Origin: Asterionella formosa
Lineage: Eukaryota
NCBI GenBank assembly: GCA_002256025.1
Contig: NKIB01006909.1
Span: 62,001-118,070, forward strand
Direction of reading: 5' to 3'
DNA: 56,070 nt
How positions within the stretch are numbered: the stretch's first letter is position 1; every line of letters starts with the position of its first letter. The position numbers and the translations under genes are program-made. The notes below the pieces were generated by a model. The model was given only the letters and a program-made list of their open reading frames with translations, did not search any database and had not been told where the DNA came from. Below are positions 1-13,018 of this stretch, one piece after another.

Positions 1-360
1 ATCTTCCCAGAGTCGGCCCTTCATGTTGGCAAAGATCTCCTTGTTGTGAACATCAGCCAATTCATGATAATTAGCCGCTTTGTCTCCTTCGTCGTCGTCG
101 TCGTCGCTGTCTTCTTGAACCGCATCAGTCCCGAAGGCACTACTATTTAAGAGCTCCATTTCGTCCGAGGAGTATTCGCGAGCAACAAACCTGGACATAG
201 GTTTTGCGAGTTTCTTCATCTCCTCGGCTTCGATTCTGACATCAACTGCGGCTTCTTGGTCTTCGACCCCGTCGAACGTTTTGCGAGCGAAGCCACGTAC
301 AAGCGAGGGTCTTCCATTGAGGAGCCGTCTGGAAGATCGAACGAGTGAAGAGCGCAGCAT
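1..360 (-). CDS. 5' part of a probable mitochondrion-targeted protein (runs off the window edge)
   Basis: Not in the ORF track because it has no stop in the window. ATG at 360 is open for 120 codons: MLRSSLVRSSRRLLNGRPSLVRGFARKTFDGVEDQEAAVDV...DSDDDDDEG...MKGRLWED. The N-terminus is Arg/Ser/Leu-rich and acid-free, typical of a mitochondrial presequence. Confidence 0.75.
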   Translation of the reverse strand, partial: MLRSSLVRSSRRLLNGRPSLVRGFARKTFDGVEDQEAAVDVRIEAEEMKKLAKPMSRFVAREYSSDEMELLNSSAFGTDAVQEDSDDDDDEGDKAANYHELADVHNKEIFANMKGRLWED

Positions 361-3300
361 GATTTGGAGATTTCAATATGAAGAATGGTCAAAGGTGAGA
401 ATGAGGGCGGCTGCTGTTCTATGGACCACCTATTATTTCACATATGATGTGTATTGTGTTTTGATATGGAGCGGAGTACTCTTATGTACTCACACTCATA
501 TGGATGAAACAATACAGGGTATAATTGTTAGAGCCTTCATTAGCTCCATGCAGGCAGAACGAGGTCTATTCTATGAAAATGTTGTAAGATAATAGATATT
601 CATATATGTATATGAACATAAAATATGCTTGTTGGGCGCTCTACACATGTGGTCGGCCACTATGTTTTTATCTCATCAATACTATTAGCAATGTTTGTTC
701 CTGCTGCTGGAGATTCAAAGGTTCTTATTGGATTTTTGATGAAGAAGGACAAAGATTGGCAATGTTCCCCTGGTATTCAGCCATGTATTCTACTAGGCCA
801 CATGAGTGACATGCCAGATCACAATGAATCTACTTTTTTGCTAGCGGGCCTTTTTGTATTTCCGATGCGCCTTGCTCGTTGTTGCTTACCACCACAAATC
901 AATGGTATTTTGCATATTACTGTAAAATAATGTATGAGTCAAATATCGCATAAAATATTCATCAATACATCGCTCGTCCACACGGTGTTGTTTAGAATTT
1001 ACAAAAACTGTTTGTTTACCAACAATATACTGATAGATAAAACACGGCGCACATGTCATTTATATTCTGTCAGATGCTTCTGGTTTGAATTGATACAAAG
1101 ACGATAGCACTTACCGATTGTCTTTTTTCCACATTGGTGTTCTCCCACCAAATTTGCATAATCTGTTATTCAATCACTTGAAGTGGAAGCACGCATAAAA
1201 GTTAACCCAACTATCAAAGATCCTGGCTTTTCCCCTTAACCTATTAAGGCTTGTTTCTGTTCACCTTTCCGTATTTTTTCCCGTAAAGCCGCAAGTTATA
1301 TCATTAATTTATAGCGGAAGTGAACAGGTAGTTTATCGTTTTTGTTAATTTTTCATTTCAGGTAGCATGCATGAGAATGAAGATGTAATCACGATTCTAA
1401 GTATACCATAGCCATGTATATATCTATACAAATTTTGTATTATACTTTTATATAGTTGAACAACATTTCCAAAATTCAAAAAGGTAGCTAACCTAAAAAT
1501 GCTACATCTATGGCACAATATCACCAATATTTCCGATACCAAATTCCAATTTAAACAATGCTGGATGAGTTCATTGTTTTCCACGATCTGATGTACTGTT
1601 TTGAATTTTTCCAGTAAAAATTCCAGGTAGTAATAGTCAGTGATTAAGCCCGTCATCAGTGTTGACAGGCGTAACATTTGGTGCTGTCCCAATACTTCTA
1701 TTTATCCTAGAAATCAAATAGAAAGCATAGTGTTGATAGTAAATCGAAATATCTTAGACCAAATTACACATTACGGCCGTTATTGATTGATTACGATAGA
1801 AGGATAATTTCGAACACATACGTACATACAGAGTACCATACATTTGATTGTCCAGGTCAGAGCTACCCCCGCCCCTAATGTACATTGCTGCCATGACTGA
1901 ATTTGACTGATTTAAGGGGGTCTAGGTTCATCGAGAGATCTCCACTATAATGGACCAAAGTAAATTTCATAAGTTCTACAGAATGGAGTGTTTCTTTCTA
2001 ACTTTTATTATTATCATCACCAAGTTCTTCACCCTGAAAGAAAAATGTGACATCGTCAGCAAATAGAAAACATCTTATTCGTGTGGTGCATCTTATGATG
2101 AGTTGCATTTCAGACAACTTTGAAATTTACGTAGATCAGTTATTAAATAGGCTAGATACAATGAATTCAACACACGAGTGTACAACAGGACGGAATCCTG
2201 AATCCGTTCGTGTGCCATAATTGATGTCGAAATCGGGCAACACAATAACACAAACAATGCATGTATGGAATTGTGGATGGATTTGTACGGTTCACCCGGT
2301 ATACATAGCACACTCAATGCACCAGGTGGGAGATCTCAATTTACCTATAACATTAATGGTGTCATTTTCTGGTGATACTGCTGCTATCTCGTCTTCAGAC
2401 AAACCAAGCCTCATGGTGTTGAAGAAACAAGCTCTCCATCAACATTTTCTATCATCGTCACAAGAAATGATCATTCCTCTTCCTGCTTCAGATTTGTTCC
2501 TGAGTGTCAAACAAAACACAAGCAAAGCCTCATGCTCTGCATATCTCCCACTTGACTTTCTCTCATCATTAGAAGAAGGGTTAATAATTTCATGTCACCA
2601 AATAGCAATCAGCCAAACAATCGCAGCAACAACCAACCACACAATAATGATATTGAAAACCTTTTGACTCGAATTTCTTCAAGTACCGTCTCCCCTTTTT
2701 CTAACAGCAACAAAAGATACACTGGAACTTATGATCCACTAAACGTGCAGAATGAGAATTCTCCCACTATCCCTAATACTACAACCCCTGTCAAGCCAAC
2801 AAGAATGATCATTGATCCACCATTGCCATCAATGCAACAGGTACAGCACACCAATCGACCTCTCTTATATCAAAAGATATCCAAACTTAATTATTCACTG
2901 CAGAAGAAGGAGAGAATAATTGCAAAACAAATGGCGAAGATTGTGGAACAGGAGAAAATACATCTAAGCCGTTTACGGAACTTTTTTGAATTTATGTCTA
3001 AAGTGACGTATTTGTGCTACTTTTCTAAAGAATTATGCCACTTTTTCGTCGGTAATTCTTTTGGGTCAAACCAAAGTTTTTGTGTTCTTAAACAAAATTT
3101 ACTTCACTTATTGAATCATCATGTGAGTTCGCAACAATATTTTCTTACCAACTAGCCGTTGCTACAGTATGATGGCGAAATTATTATTCTTTGTGGCCAT
3201 TTTACGTTGGTTTCTCCACATAACTAAATGAAGAGTTCCTAGTAACATCGATTCAATTATTACTTTTTCCGCTTTCACATTTTCTGTGGTATCATCTCCC

Positions 3301-3984
3301 AAAGAATGCCGTTATCACTTTTGTCGGCACTAATAACTGCATCTACGACTGCACAAATCGCCAGAACAATCAATCAACTCTCATTTGATTCACATCTTTT
3401 GCTTCAACTAATCATGCTATTGTTATAGTCGCAGTCTTTTTATGCATTTGTAAGCTACCATGAAAGTGACAAATCGCTTAGAAACATTGTCGTCTTCAAT
3501 TCGGCATTTCTATTTTACATTTTAAAGGGGCCATCAGCAATTTCAATTTTCGTTGTCAATATAAGTGGGATCATAAATATTCCTTTACGATTGTATTGTC
3601 TATGTCGTGTTTGATATATGTATGCTAGGAAAGTATTTGGAAGATTGCTCACGCAAGCAAGCAAAGCAGTGATTTCAGATTGCTGTTCAGCAATTTATGC
3701 AATTACTATTACTAGCTAGTAGTATCACTTTCTTGTCATGCAATATAAATACAGTTCTGTTAGATACAACAATAATATTAATAATGCAATAGAATTTCCA
3801 TTTTACTTTTCTCATTGTTAACAGAAAATATAGTTGATAGTTGTGAACAAATCCTTGCTTGCTACACTGTGAGAACCGGGTCATTGAAAAATATTTCACG
3901 TACTATACAGTATGATATTCTAGCTAGTACGGTATGGTTATGCAGATGGCCTAAACCGCATATGCTATGATACACAGGCGATAT

Positions 3985-4530
3985 TAGAAATTATGCATAA
4001 GGAGGCTTTGGGCAGAATTACCAACCCATCATAATGGCGCTTCCCTCTCTCCCAAGACAAGAACACTGTTGAGAAGGAGAACCTGACCAATCCAAGGCCA
4101 AGGAAGTATGTTAGCGGCTTAGATTCTTGTGTGATCAGGACTGCGGCGTTTAGTCTGATGCTGGAACAAAATAATCAGCCAGCATGTCGGATGGAAAATA
4201 TGCGGTTAGAGCGAGGCGAAGTGGTTGGGAATTATTGGGGTTTCTCAAGATCGACTTGTTAGAGCTGCCAGACAAGAGGAAGACTTTTCCGATGATGAGA
4301 TAAAGGAATTCCATGACCTGTGCAACAGTTTCATGGAAAAATAGGTTGATCTAACAATAACAAGCAAGGCAAGTGATGAATAATATCCATATGATTGGTC
4401 TGCTATTATGTCAAGCAGTTCGGAAATCTATACAAGTATAGCAATCAAGGATGGGAAAGCTTGAATCAAAAGTTAAAGAGGGTCTACTTGAATAACACAA
4501 GTCAAGGTGGAAATGTAGGTGGCGCAAAAT
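3985..4530 (+). pseudogene. Degenerate DDE transposase C-terminal fragment, RAG1/Transib/Chapaev-like
   Basis: Manual translation across stops and frameshifts: RQEEDFSDDEIKEFHDLCNSFMEK*VDLT...MNNIHMIG/YYVKQFGNLYKYSNQGWESLNQKLKRVYLNNTSQGG. This resembles the RAG1 catalytic-Glu region (TNYFHKTLAH...[20 protein letters not shown]). Confidence 0.55.
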
Positions 4531-7383
4531 GATTGAAAAAAGGTCATGTAGAAAAACCCCTCTGGCTATTTCTGGCAAGGAGCAAATTGTGGAGGACTGG
4601 CGATGCTGATGACAACTTCAATCTACAAAAGAAAATATATAATAGTTTTTTTCAACTAATTTATATTGAAATGAACGATTCTATAATAGCTTATTGACTG
4701 TTTTTGCTAGCATAAGTGCCACCTCGATTGGTAGAATCGAAAGCACACCAGTTGACACATCACTTACCATGATCCGGTCCATTGAATGAATTTTTTCTAG
4801 GAGATATTCAGTCCAATAATTTCGTCATGGTCAGGACGGAGTTGCTGTGGTCTCAGCGTCCCCCTACGACACGGTACATCAGTACAATCAAATCTTCTTT
4901 AGTAGCTATGTGAAACATAAATAATATTCCGGCATATTTATTACGGTAGTATAATTTGAAGTGATACGAGTTGTCCTACCTATGGATATGAAACCAGCTA
5001 TGCATGCATTTAATACCAGGTACCTGGTACCGGTATGTTGAGATGCACAACATATTACCTGTGCAAGTACCAGCCTAGATAGCAAACTACCGGTACCTGG
5101 TTTCAATGCTGTCCATAGAGCGGGGCGGCACAGCCCATCTTCACGTAGTATCGTAAGGCATGTCGAGCATTGTCTAAGCATGTACAAGTGGTAATAGCAT
5201 TTAGGTATGATATTATAATGGAGCAAGAAGTACCTGTTAACAGGAACTCAATAAACCAACCCCGATTTACTCTCGATTTCGAGGATGATAATACAAAAAT
5301 TGTTTATGATTCTTGATAATCCTTTTCATAAACAAAAATAGTCACTTGAAATTTATTAAGGAAAATATTCTATCATTGATATAAATGATTATATATTATT
5401 AATCACGAGTTCCCTGGACCAACCTGTTGTGCGTATAAAAACACTTTTGTGTCAGGATGGTATTTTCTCACCATGATCCTTTCACTGCCGGGTTCTACTA
5501 TCTTGTAAACCTTCTGTAGCCCCCTATCAGTTAGAAAACTTCCTTTCGAAGAAAGAAGCAATGAATCATCAAAGGAAGAAGGGAAACAAACAAAAGGAGC
5601 AACAACATTGTCATCACCAGCCAAGAGCCTCAGCAAAATGCAGCTTCATCCATAGCACATTTGTCTTGGCATCAAAAATACAGTCGCATCCACAGTCGTT
5701 ACTTTTATTCTTGAAATGACTTTCCTGGTTATAGGTGGAAGCGTCAGGGCATACAACAAGTCGTACAGTATTGGCTCTAGATAACATAGTGTAGAGCATC
5801 TTTGCACCTGCCTTATTTCGTTGTGCAAGTGAGCGATGGTGCTGGCATAGTTAAGAAGGTAACCCGACACCAAATGTCCAACCAAAAATCTGTTGGAAAA
5901 AATCCATCTCATTCTGTGATACTAATCGTATGTACTGCAGTTGATTATATGAGTCTACCACATGAACTGATAGCTGTGTAGATACCTGTTTGCGTGATTG
6001 CTTATATGGGCAAGTAACACCATATCATAAATTCATTGTATTATCATCATCTTAGAAACAAAAACGCAAATCCTCGAAGTATGTAATCCCAACACGCCTT
6101 GCCTGCTCCATCCAATCTAATGGTAGAGTTCGGATTGAAAAAAGTCCGTTTGGCGGATAGAGCTTCGGTGGATGCCTCCTCCCTGACTCTTTTCAGAAAA
6201 GAAAAGATGATTGTGGAAGAAGAGACGGTAAGTCCACCATTGAGACTGGTGTCAAAGTTGTCGCAATCCTCCGAGTTATTGTTGTTGATTTTCATTGCTG
6301 GGATGTTCTCTAATGATCCATCATCTTTCATAAACTTCCTGAAGTAGGTGCAGTCTACAATTCCATTTGGAGAAATGCAATGTGAAGCTATGAAATAGAG
6401 GGCATGAAAAAGGAAGAAAGTTTCTTCGGCTATGGAGTCTTGGTTTATTGTGATGATCTTGGAACCAGCAACATGTTCAGGGACTAGAACCATTTGGTAT
6501 TGCTGTAGTGGCTGGAAGGAGGTTTTCAGATGCTTGTGGATACACTTCTTGGCAGAGAATGTGTCTGTGCGTCCCATGAGGTGTCCACATCCAACAACTT
6601 TCTGATGTCACCATTCTTCAGGAGGACAAACTCTCCACAATGTATATTCATGGAAATTGAATTAACAAATAAAGACTTTTTGTGTTGATCATTGTATCTG
6701 CTGCTCCTTGATTCGTAGCAGTACTAGTAGTTGTATTGCTTTCATTAGCAAGAACAACCATGATAGACCTATCCATTTGTTGCAACAAACTGGTTTGGTT
6801 GGTGCAAGTCATCATGATGGAACCCTGGTACCATCACATGATCCAAGGTTCAGCCATCAAAAGGAGGGGTTCATGGAAATCAAACATCTTCGAGTACTAG
6901 AGAAGAAAGTGAAGAAATGGAATTAAAATATTCCTTAAATAAAACCATTGGCCTACATGAGGTTCCCAAGGCAAAATTTCCATCGGTCACGAGGACTGCT
7001 CGATTTGTATCTGTGTACAAAAACACAGGATTCCAAAAATTAATTTTGCCTTTTGTAGGATGCCACTACGATCTAGTACCAGGCAGCTACTGGAAAATCG
7101 TCATGGAGACCGCCGTGAAGGTGATATTCACTTTAACTTCAACCGATAGTTACTAGCTTCACCGTGTTTGTCTTGATGATTGGCAGGAAGGTTCGTTAAT
7201 CAGCGTACAGAGCGTGCAGGTTGCTCGTTTTCTGTTCATCGATTCAAATACGAGAAAAGGCAAGGGGTACAACCCTAAAAATTTTCGAGCCCCTAAATTT
7301 TGTGCCACTCCGTTATTCTTTAAATTGCTAGTTGTTTATATAGACATCAAGCCGTTAGTCATTTTATCGTCAAAACGAACTTT

Positions 7384-7543
7384 AAGTCAGCAGTCAGTAA
7401 GTTGAAGTTAGCAGTCAGCGATTTCATGTCAGTAGTCAGCAAATGAAGTCAGCAGACAGCGAATATTTCAAATTTTGAGCAAATCAAGTCAGCAGTTAGC
7501 AACAAGAAGTCCGCAGTCAGCAAGTTGAAGTTGGTAGTCAGCG
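7384..7543. repeat. Cluster of degenerate AGTCAGC(AGTCAGC) short repeats
   Basis: About a dozen AGTCAGC-like units in 160 bp, e.g. aagtcagcagtcagtaag, gaagtcagcagacagcg, caagtcagcagttagc. Resembles subterminal transposase-binding arrays. Confidence 0.7.
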
Positions 7544-8161
7544 ATTCTGCTGTGAAAGGTGGCAGCGCTTTTCCGTTTGAAACATTATAACGGTTACAGG
7601 AGATCTAAATAAATTGAAATATTTTGAGATTTTTCATCTTTTCAGACTTGTTGAGCCGGACAGACTTCCAATGAAGTAGGTAGTTTATAATGCGCGAAAT
7701 TCGCTGATTAACTGACCTTCCAGTTCGATCATTTTCTCAAACAATACTGGACGATCAGTATACTATTTCAGCTGTTTCGAAAAACCATACTGTTCAGCCA
7801 TTGGCTGCAGTATACTGGTATATAACTGTAGGCCTAAAAATACTTTTGCAGGCTCGCAATATACTGGCATCGTAGATACTCTGCTACAAAAAATTGCACA
7901 TGTATGTCTAGAACGAATGTGGAGTAGTCAAAAAATTTGGTAGGCAGCGAAGCTAGCAATTCATTTTGTCTATACAAAAAAGTTCCCGTAGGCGACATAG
8001 GGTATCAAAAATCTTATCATTTAAGACTAGTGCTCCATGTGAAAATACGCACAGCAACCTAAAATTTGGGCACATGATGTCAAAGCTAGCGCGCAGTCTG
8101 GAAATGCTGCAAAATAAAAAATCATAAATTAAAATAATCTCGTCCTCTGCTGCATCGCAAA

Positions 8162-9793
8162 ATGGCGCTCTTAAGTCCAATGCACCAGGTGAGCCAGAAG
8201 GCTATGATCTCCTTATTCTTCCAGCAGTATGACGAGGACACAATGGAAGATGGATTGCCACCAATTTGGAAATGCAAGAAATGCTTTCAGTATAAGAAGA
8301 GGAGTGGTGGTTGGACAAATCTCCTCAATCACCTGAAAGCGTGCGTTGGACCACAATATCAAGAAGAATATGTACAGGTTGTGAAGGACAATGTCTTTGC
8401 AGCATTCAAACATACAGTCAGTAAGAGGGAGGCGGACATGTTTGGCTGGATTGAATGGGTTGCTTGTCATGAGAAACGTGCCGCTTGTGGAGGTTGATGA
8501 TGAGATAACTCGAACTGGAATGCGTAATGGTCCCATCACATCCAAACTACTACGAAAAATGCTCTTTTGCTTCCAGCTGAAGTCAATTGTCAAATCAAGG
8601 AAAAACTGCCTGATCAAATTGTCATTGTATTTGATGGATGTACTGAGAGGTCTGGTCACTACATTGCTGTTCATGCCCCTTACATTGATCCCATTTCAAA
8701 TGTCGCTGTGTAGAGGACACTGCTTTTCATTTGACCCCTTCTTTGTGATGGAGTATTGGGAATGACTGCAGCAGATCAAGTGCATCACATTTCCAAAACT
8801 TTGGCATTATATGGGAAGACATATGATAACATTGTATGCTTAGCAGGTGACAACTGCAGTGTAAACCAGAGAATAGCAAAACATCTTGGTGTGCTATTAT
8901 TGGGTTGTGGGTCTCATAAATTCAACTTGGCAGTTAAAAGTTGGATGGCAGACAAACCAACTTTTATCAACATTGTTGCAAGGCTTAACATCATCATGAA
9001 GAAGGCAAGCACCCTCAAAAACACAGCCGCTTTAAGGCAGTGACTGAAAATTCAACCAGGAGGTCTCCCCGATACATGATGAATGCTCGCTGTTTCCAGA
9101 TTAAGTCTCATTAGAGCCGGTTGAGTCATTGGCACCCAGCATGCTCTCATTTGTTGAGTTTCGGTAGCTGCAAGCCTCATTCACGCACATGAAGAAGTTT
9201 AATGAGGTGACACTGGCTCTACAGAAGCAGGACATTACATGTTTAAATGTCCGAGATATCTTTGATCATGTACTAGAAGACTACCCTGAATGCCAAAAGC
9301 ACCTGGGAGTTGATGGTAACATTGTGCAGGACAAGGTATTTGAGATAGCCACCACAAAGATTATGAAAGGGGAACCATTGAATGACATTGAGAGTCGGGC
9401 TGTGATAAAACTCAGGAAGAAGCAAAATGCTGGTCCCCCCATTCACTGCTAGAACAAGATGATAATGATTCTCTCACTAGTGCTGAAAGTGGTGAGGAAA
9501 TGGTGTACCAGATCAATTATGCGGACACAATTCAGCAGAGAATCAAGCGATGCAACAGTGCTCTTGGGGCTGTATATGATGACTACATTTGTCTTGACCT
9601 TTTTGTGGGAACAAGCAATTTCAGCTGCAAGAGACTCGTCTCTATTGCAAAACATATATTAACATGTGTCAGAAAGTCAACATCACCACTTGTATTTGAA
9701 GCCATTCTTTTTCTAAAGATGAACCGTCATTTTTGGAATGATGTTATTGTAGGAAAAGCGATGGGAAGGACACTTGCTCCGCCCTGCAGATGA
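8162..9793 (+). pseudogene. hAT-superfamily transposase pseudogene (BED finger, DDE core, C-terminal dimerisation domain)
   Basis: Successive frameshifted ORFs give the BED finger WKCKKC...GGWTNLLNHL, VFDGCT...HYIAV, GDNCSVN...LGCGSHKFNLAVK (CxxH), and GTSNFSCKRLVS...LFLKMN (hAT C-terminal motif SxxCERxFS). Several frameshifts and stops; TIRs not identified. Confidence 0.85.
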
Positions 9794-10164
9794 ATTCTAG
9801 AAAAAAATCAATTAAAATTTACCTATGTTATTCTTTGCTTAGTATAAAAAATATAAGGAATGGTGTTCAATTCATAAGTTATATAGAAAAAGGCCTTCAT
9901 TTGTTGCAAACTATTCACATCACGATAGCAAGATTTGATAAATTATCATCTATTCATGATCTCTAGCTAGTTTGCTTAATACTACTCTGTCTACTTTTTA
10001 TCTGTTAGAAACATGATGTGAAATGATGTTTTATTGCAAGTGCAACATTTCCAAATAACTTTTAAAACAATCTACCTAATTGAAGCATTATTTGGATAAT
10101 TACAATATACTACTAATTAAAGCAGGATTTAACAATGGTCATCAGATCATTTTGCAGTATAAGC

Positions 10165-10545
10165 ACACAATATTGAAATGATAGGTTCCTACTACTGGAT
10201 ATTCCATAACTGTACAACTATGAAACCTTTCCATGAGCGATGTCAAACAGCTCAATTGACTGGGGAGTAGTATGGCTGGAGTAAGTTAGTATCCATTTCT
10301 CATAATTGGAACAATTGTCATCGCCATAGAATTGTCATCATGTCATGTTGCAGCATAAACAGCCTCACAAAATTGAAATGATAGTTTCCTACTACTGGAT
10401 ATTCCATAACTTTACAACTATGAGACCTTTCCATGATGTTGGACATCTCAATTGACTGGGGAGTTGTATAGAATGAGATTGTATCCATTTCTAATTCTCG
10501 GAATAATCACCAATGCCATACAATGGTCATCATGTCATGTTGCGC
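10165..10545. repeat. Diverged tandem duplication, 200-bp period
   Basis: ttgaaatgatag(g/t)ttcctactactggatattccataac...ctcaattgactgggg...gtcatcatgtcatgttgc starts at about 10173 and again at about 10373. Confidence 0.9.
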
Positions 10546-11334
10546 AAGGATAGGTTCCCACCACTGCTTCTTTGGTAACGGTATGCTTGTACTACTGATT
10601 CTTCAAGTAAACCTAGGAGTGCGAAATTGGCGCGCACAGGCGCATTGCGCGCATTGTTCTTGATCAGTGTACTTTACGTAATATTTACCAGTATCAGTAT
10701 AACAGTACCGGTATACCGGTACTGTTGGACTGGAATAAAGTAACTGTAATAATAACTGGTGGGACTCCCCAATAGCATACTGCCTGACGTTAGTAAGAGG
10801 TACAAGTGTACCGGTATGCCAAAAATGGCTCGTAGTTAACTGCAGTATAAAATCACCGACCTATGCCTGGTATTACCGGTACTTAGTATTACCTCACCGG
10901 CATACCGCAGCTGGTATGTACCAGGTACCAGGTACATAGGAGTACAAGGTACCTACTACCAGGTGCCAGTGCTGGTACCAGGTACCTGGTACCTGGTACC
11001 GGAGTTCTTCTGTGCAGGAAGATATTCATCTGCTCTACGTAACGAAGAAAACTTCTTATTTGCTCCTGTTGAATTCTACAGTACTTGGTACGCCCGTTTG
11101 TTGTGAAGCTGCATACATACTGGTAATTTGATTGAATCCTACATACAAACGAAGTAAAATCCGGTATCATGCAGTCGCTATAAAATTCGGTACCGGTAGT
11201 CATTGTCCTCATTTTTGCAATTCAAGTCCTGTCCTGCGCACAAAGTCACCATCGCCTCCCTCATTGTTGTTGTTGGCTTTCGCTCCTGAAAAGAAGCAAA
11301 AGCCAACTTCAAGGTCTGTCTCCTGCAACCAAAG

Positions 11335-12411
11335 ATGAACAGAAAGCTGCTACTTGTCGCTCAAGATTCTATTTCCAAGTATCAGAGCGAGGTTGTCGAA
11401 GAAGATACCCAAGATTGCGCCAACTTTCTCCTGTCGCTTAAGAATAACAGAAACGTTACTCCGGAACCTTCGCCTTCCGTCGCCGAGCACCAAGTGACAT
11501 CACTCTCCGCGCCCTTCAAGATATCTGTTGCTATCAGCGCATACGACAGCGACGACAACTCGCCTTCGCTAATGGATGAGCACGCTGAAATGACATTCCA
11601 GCATCTGCTTGACTTCGGCGACTCGCTGGTCGCGATGAGCGACAGGCATTTGGTACCCGATGCCCTCTTTGTAGCAATGGCGCAGATGAAAGTTGTCAAT
11701 CTTACAGAGTCAGACAGGGTTGGCTGTTACAGAAACCGAGCCATTGGATTCGTTGGCTTAGGCTGCAAGCATTGCGGTGGACAGCCTGGATTCGGCAAGT
11801 ACTTTCCGGAATCTGTGCGCAGTCTTGCACAAACGACCACATCGCAAACAATTCTCAAGCACATTGGCTCCAAGTGCCGGTTCTGCCCTCAGGAAATACG
11901 TCAAGCAGTGAATCGCCTTCAACATCAACAAGCCATCAAGGAAGCTGCCATCGCTGGACGACCTCGATACGGATCACGAAAGGTTTTCTTCCAAAGAATC
12001 TGGGGACGGCTTCACAACGAACCCATTCCTGAATATTCTGGAACTATCCCAACAAATACCGGTAGAGATGTTCTACCTCCTGACGTTAATTTTATCTGTG
12101 ATGGAGCCGCTGCTCCTCCAGTGGAGGGGTCGCTTACCACTTCGTTGTTGGTACCAACTGCTCCTGACAAACAAGCTCCCCCGGTCGAACGTGAAGCTGA
12201 CGATGCATCTACAGGGTCAATGGATAAGGAACAAACTAGTGAAGATCTGAATTTTTCGGATCATACAGGGAAGAAATGTCGCTTTGGTGGTTTGCCGACC
12301 AAGAAGAATCAAATGAAGCGCAAGCAATTAGCCGACAATGAGAAAAGTACTGGTAGCACGCCGAAACGGCCATGCGATTACAAGGTTGGCGGACCTTCAA
12401 CCTTTCCTTGA
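11335..12411 (+). CDS. Diatom-type Cys/His-rich domain protein, putative nuclear regulator (358 aa)
   Basis: Intact ORF. Core LVPDALFVAMAQM...DRVGCYRNRAIGFVGLGCKHCGGQPGFGKYFP...KHIGSKCRFCP...GSRKVFFQRIWGRLH resembles a domain I recognise from uncharacterised diatom proteins. Basic NLS-like C-terminus (KKNQMKRK). Confidence 0.8.
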   Translation: MNRKLLLVAQDSISKYQSEVVEEDTQDCANFLLSLKNNRNVTPEPSPSVAEHQVTSLSAPFKISVAISAYDSDDNSPSLMDEHAEMTFQHLLDFGDSLVAMSDRHLVPDALFVAMAQMKVVNLTESDRVGCYRNRAIGFVGLGCKHCGGQPGFGKYFPESVRSLAQTTTSQTILKHIGSKCRFCPQEIRQAVNRLQHQQAIKEAAIAGRPRYGSRKVFFQRIWGRLHNEPIPEYSGTIPTNTGRDVLPPDVNFICDGAAAPPVEGSLTTSLLVPTAPDKQAPPVEREADDASTGSMDKEQTSEDLNFSDHTGKKCRFGGLPTKKNQMKRKQLADNEKSTGSTPKRPCDYKVGGPSTFP

Positions 12412-13018
12412 TACCACTTTGTTCAATATTATATCACAAGTGTAACATTTCCTTGCAATAATATTTCTAAAACGAACTCGAACTGCAATAGATTTATGTG
12501 TCTGCCGCTGTACTTCAGGTCCTTCTACAATCCGTTCCATCCATGACCGGCTGTGACAATACTAATATGTCTCCGTGGTATGGGGACAAAGCATACCGAT
12601 AATCAATCGCAAAAGCTAACTACCGGTAGTACACTCCCCGGCCTTGGATCATTGGTGTGGTAGATGAAGGTTTCATTCGCGACCGATTGTTTGGCATGAC
12701 TTGGTCCAAATAATAGACTTCACCATGAAGACTCTAAATCAACCCATTTCCGAATTGGGTGGTTTGTGATGGTGGTCCTGTACCATTAACAATACATACA
12801 TACCATCACTGGACTCACAAAGAAAAAAATTGCTGCAGCGTGAATGAATAAAACAGCAAAGAATTATTATATTGGTGACTCTTATGATTCAAGGCGTGAA
12901 AAGACTCAAATAACACTTGGATGACGCAATTGTTTGCTCGGCTTCGGTGTTGCTTCGCTTTTCGAGTCGGACATAAACTCAATTCGAGAGTTTCTGACTC
13001 CTTACAAGGCGCGGAATT

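Noticed and set aside
2221..3155. 148-aa and 187-aa ORFs
   Set aside because: Low-complexity, no recognisable domain, and embedded in a degenerate AT-rich region; likely TE debris.
5403..6600. Minus-strand ORF pieces including IVDCTY, superficially like a MULE first-Asp motif
   Set aside because: Downstream MULE motifs were not found. Probably a decayed element, but it cannot be classified.
10165..10545. Repeats considered as a CRISPR-like array (also 27265-27515 and 7384-7543)
   Set aside because: Only two long units or irregular short units, no unique spacers, no cas genes, and a eukaryotic context.
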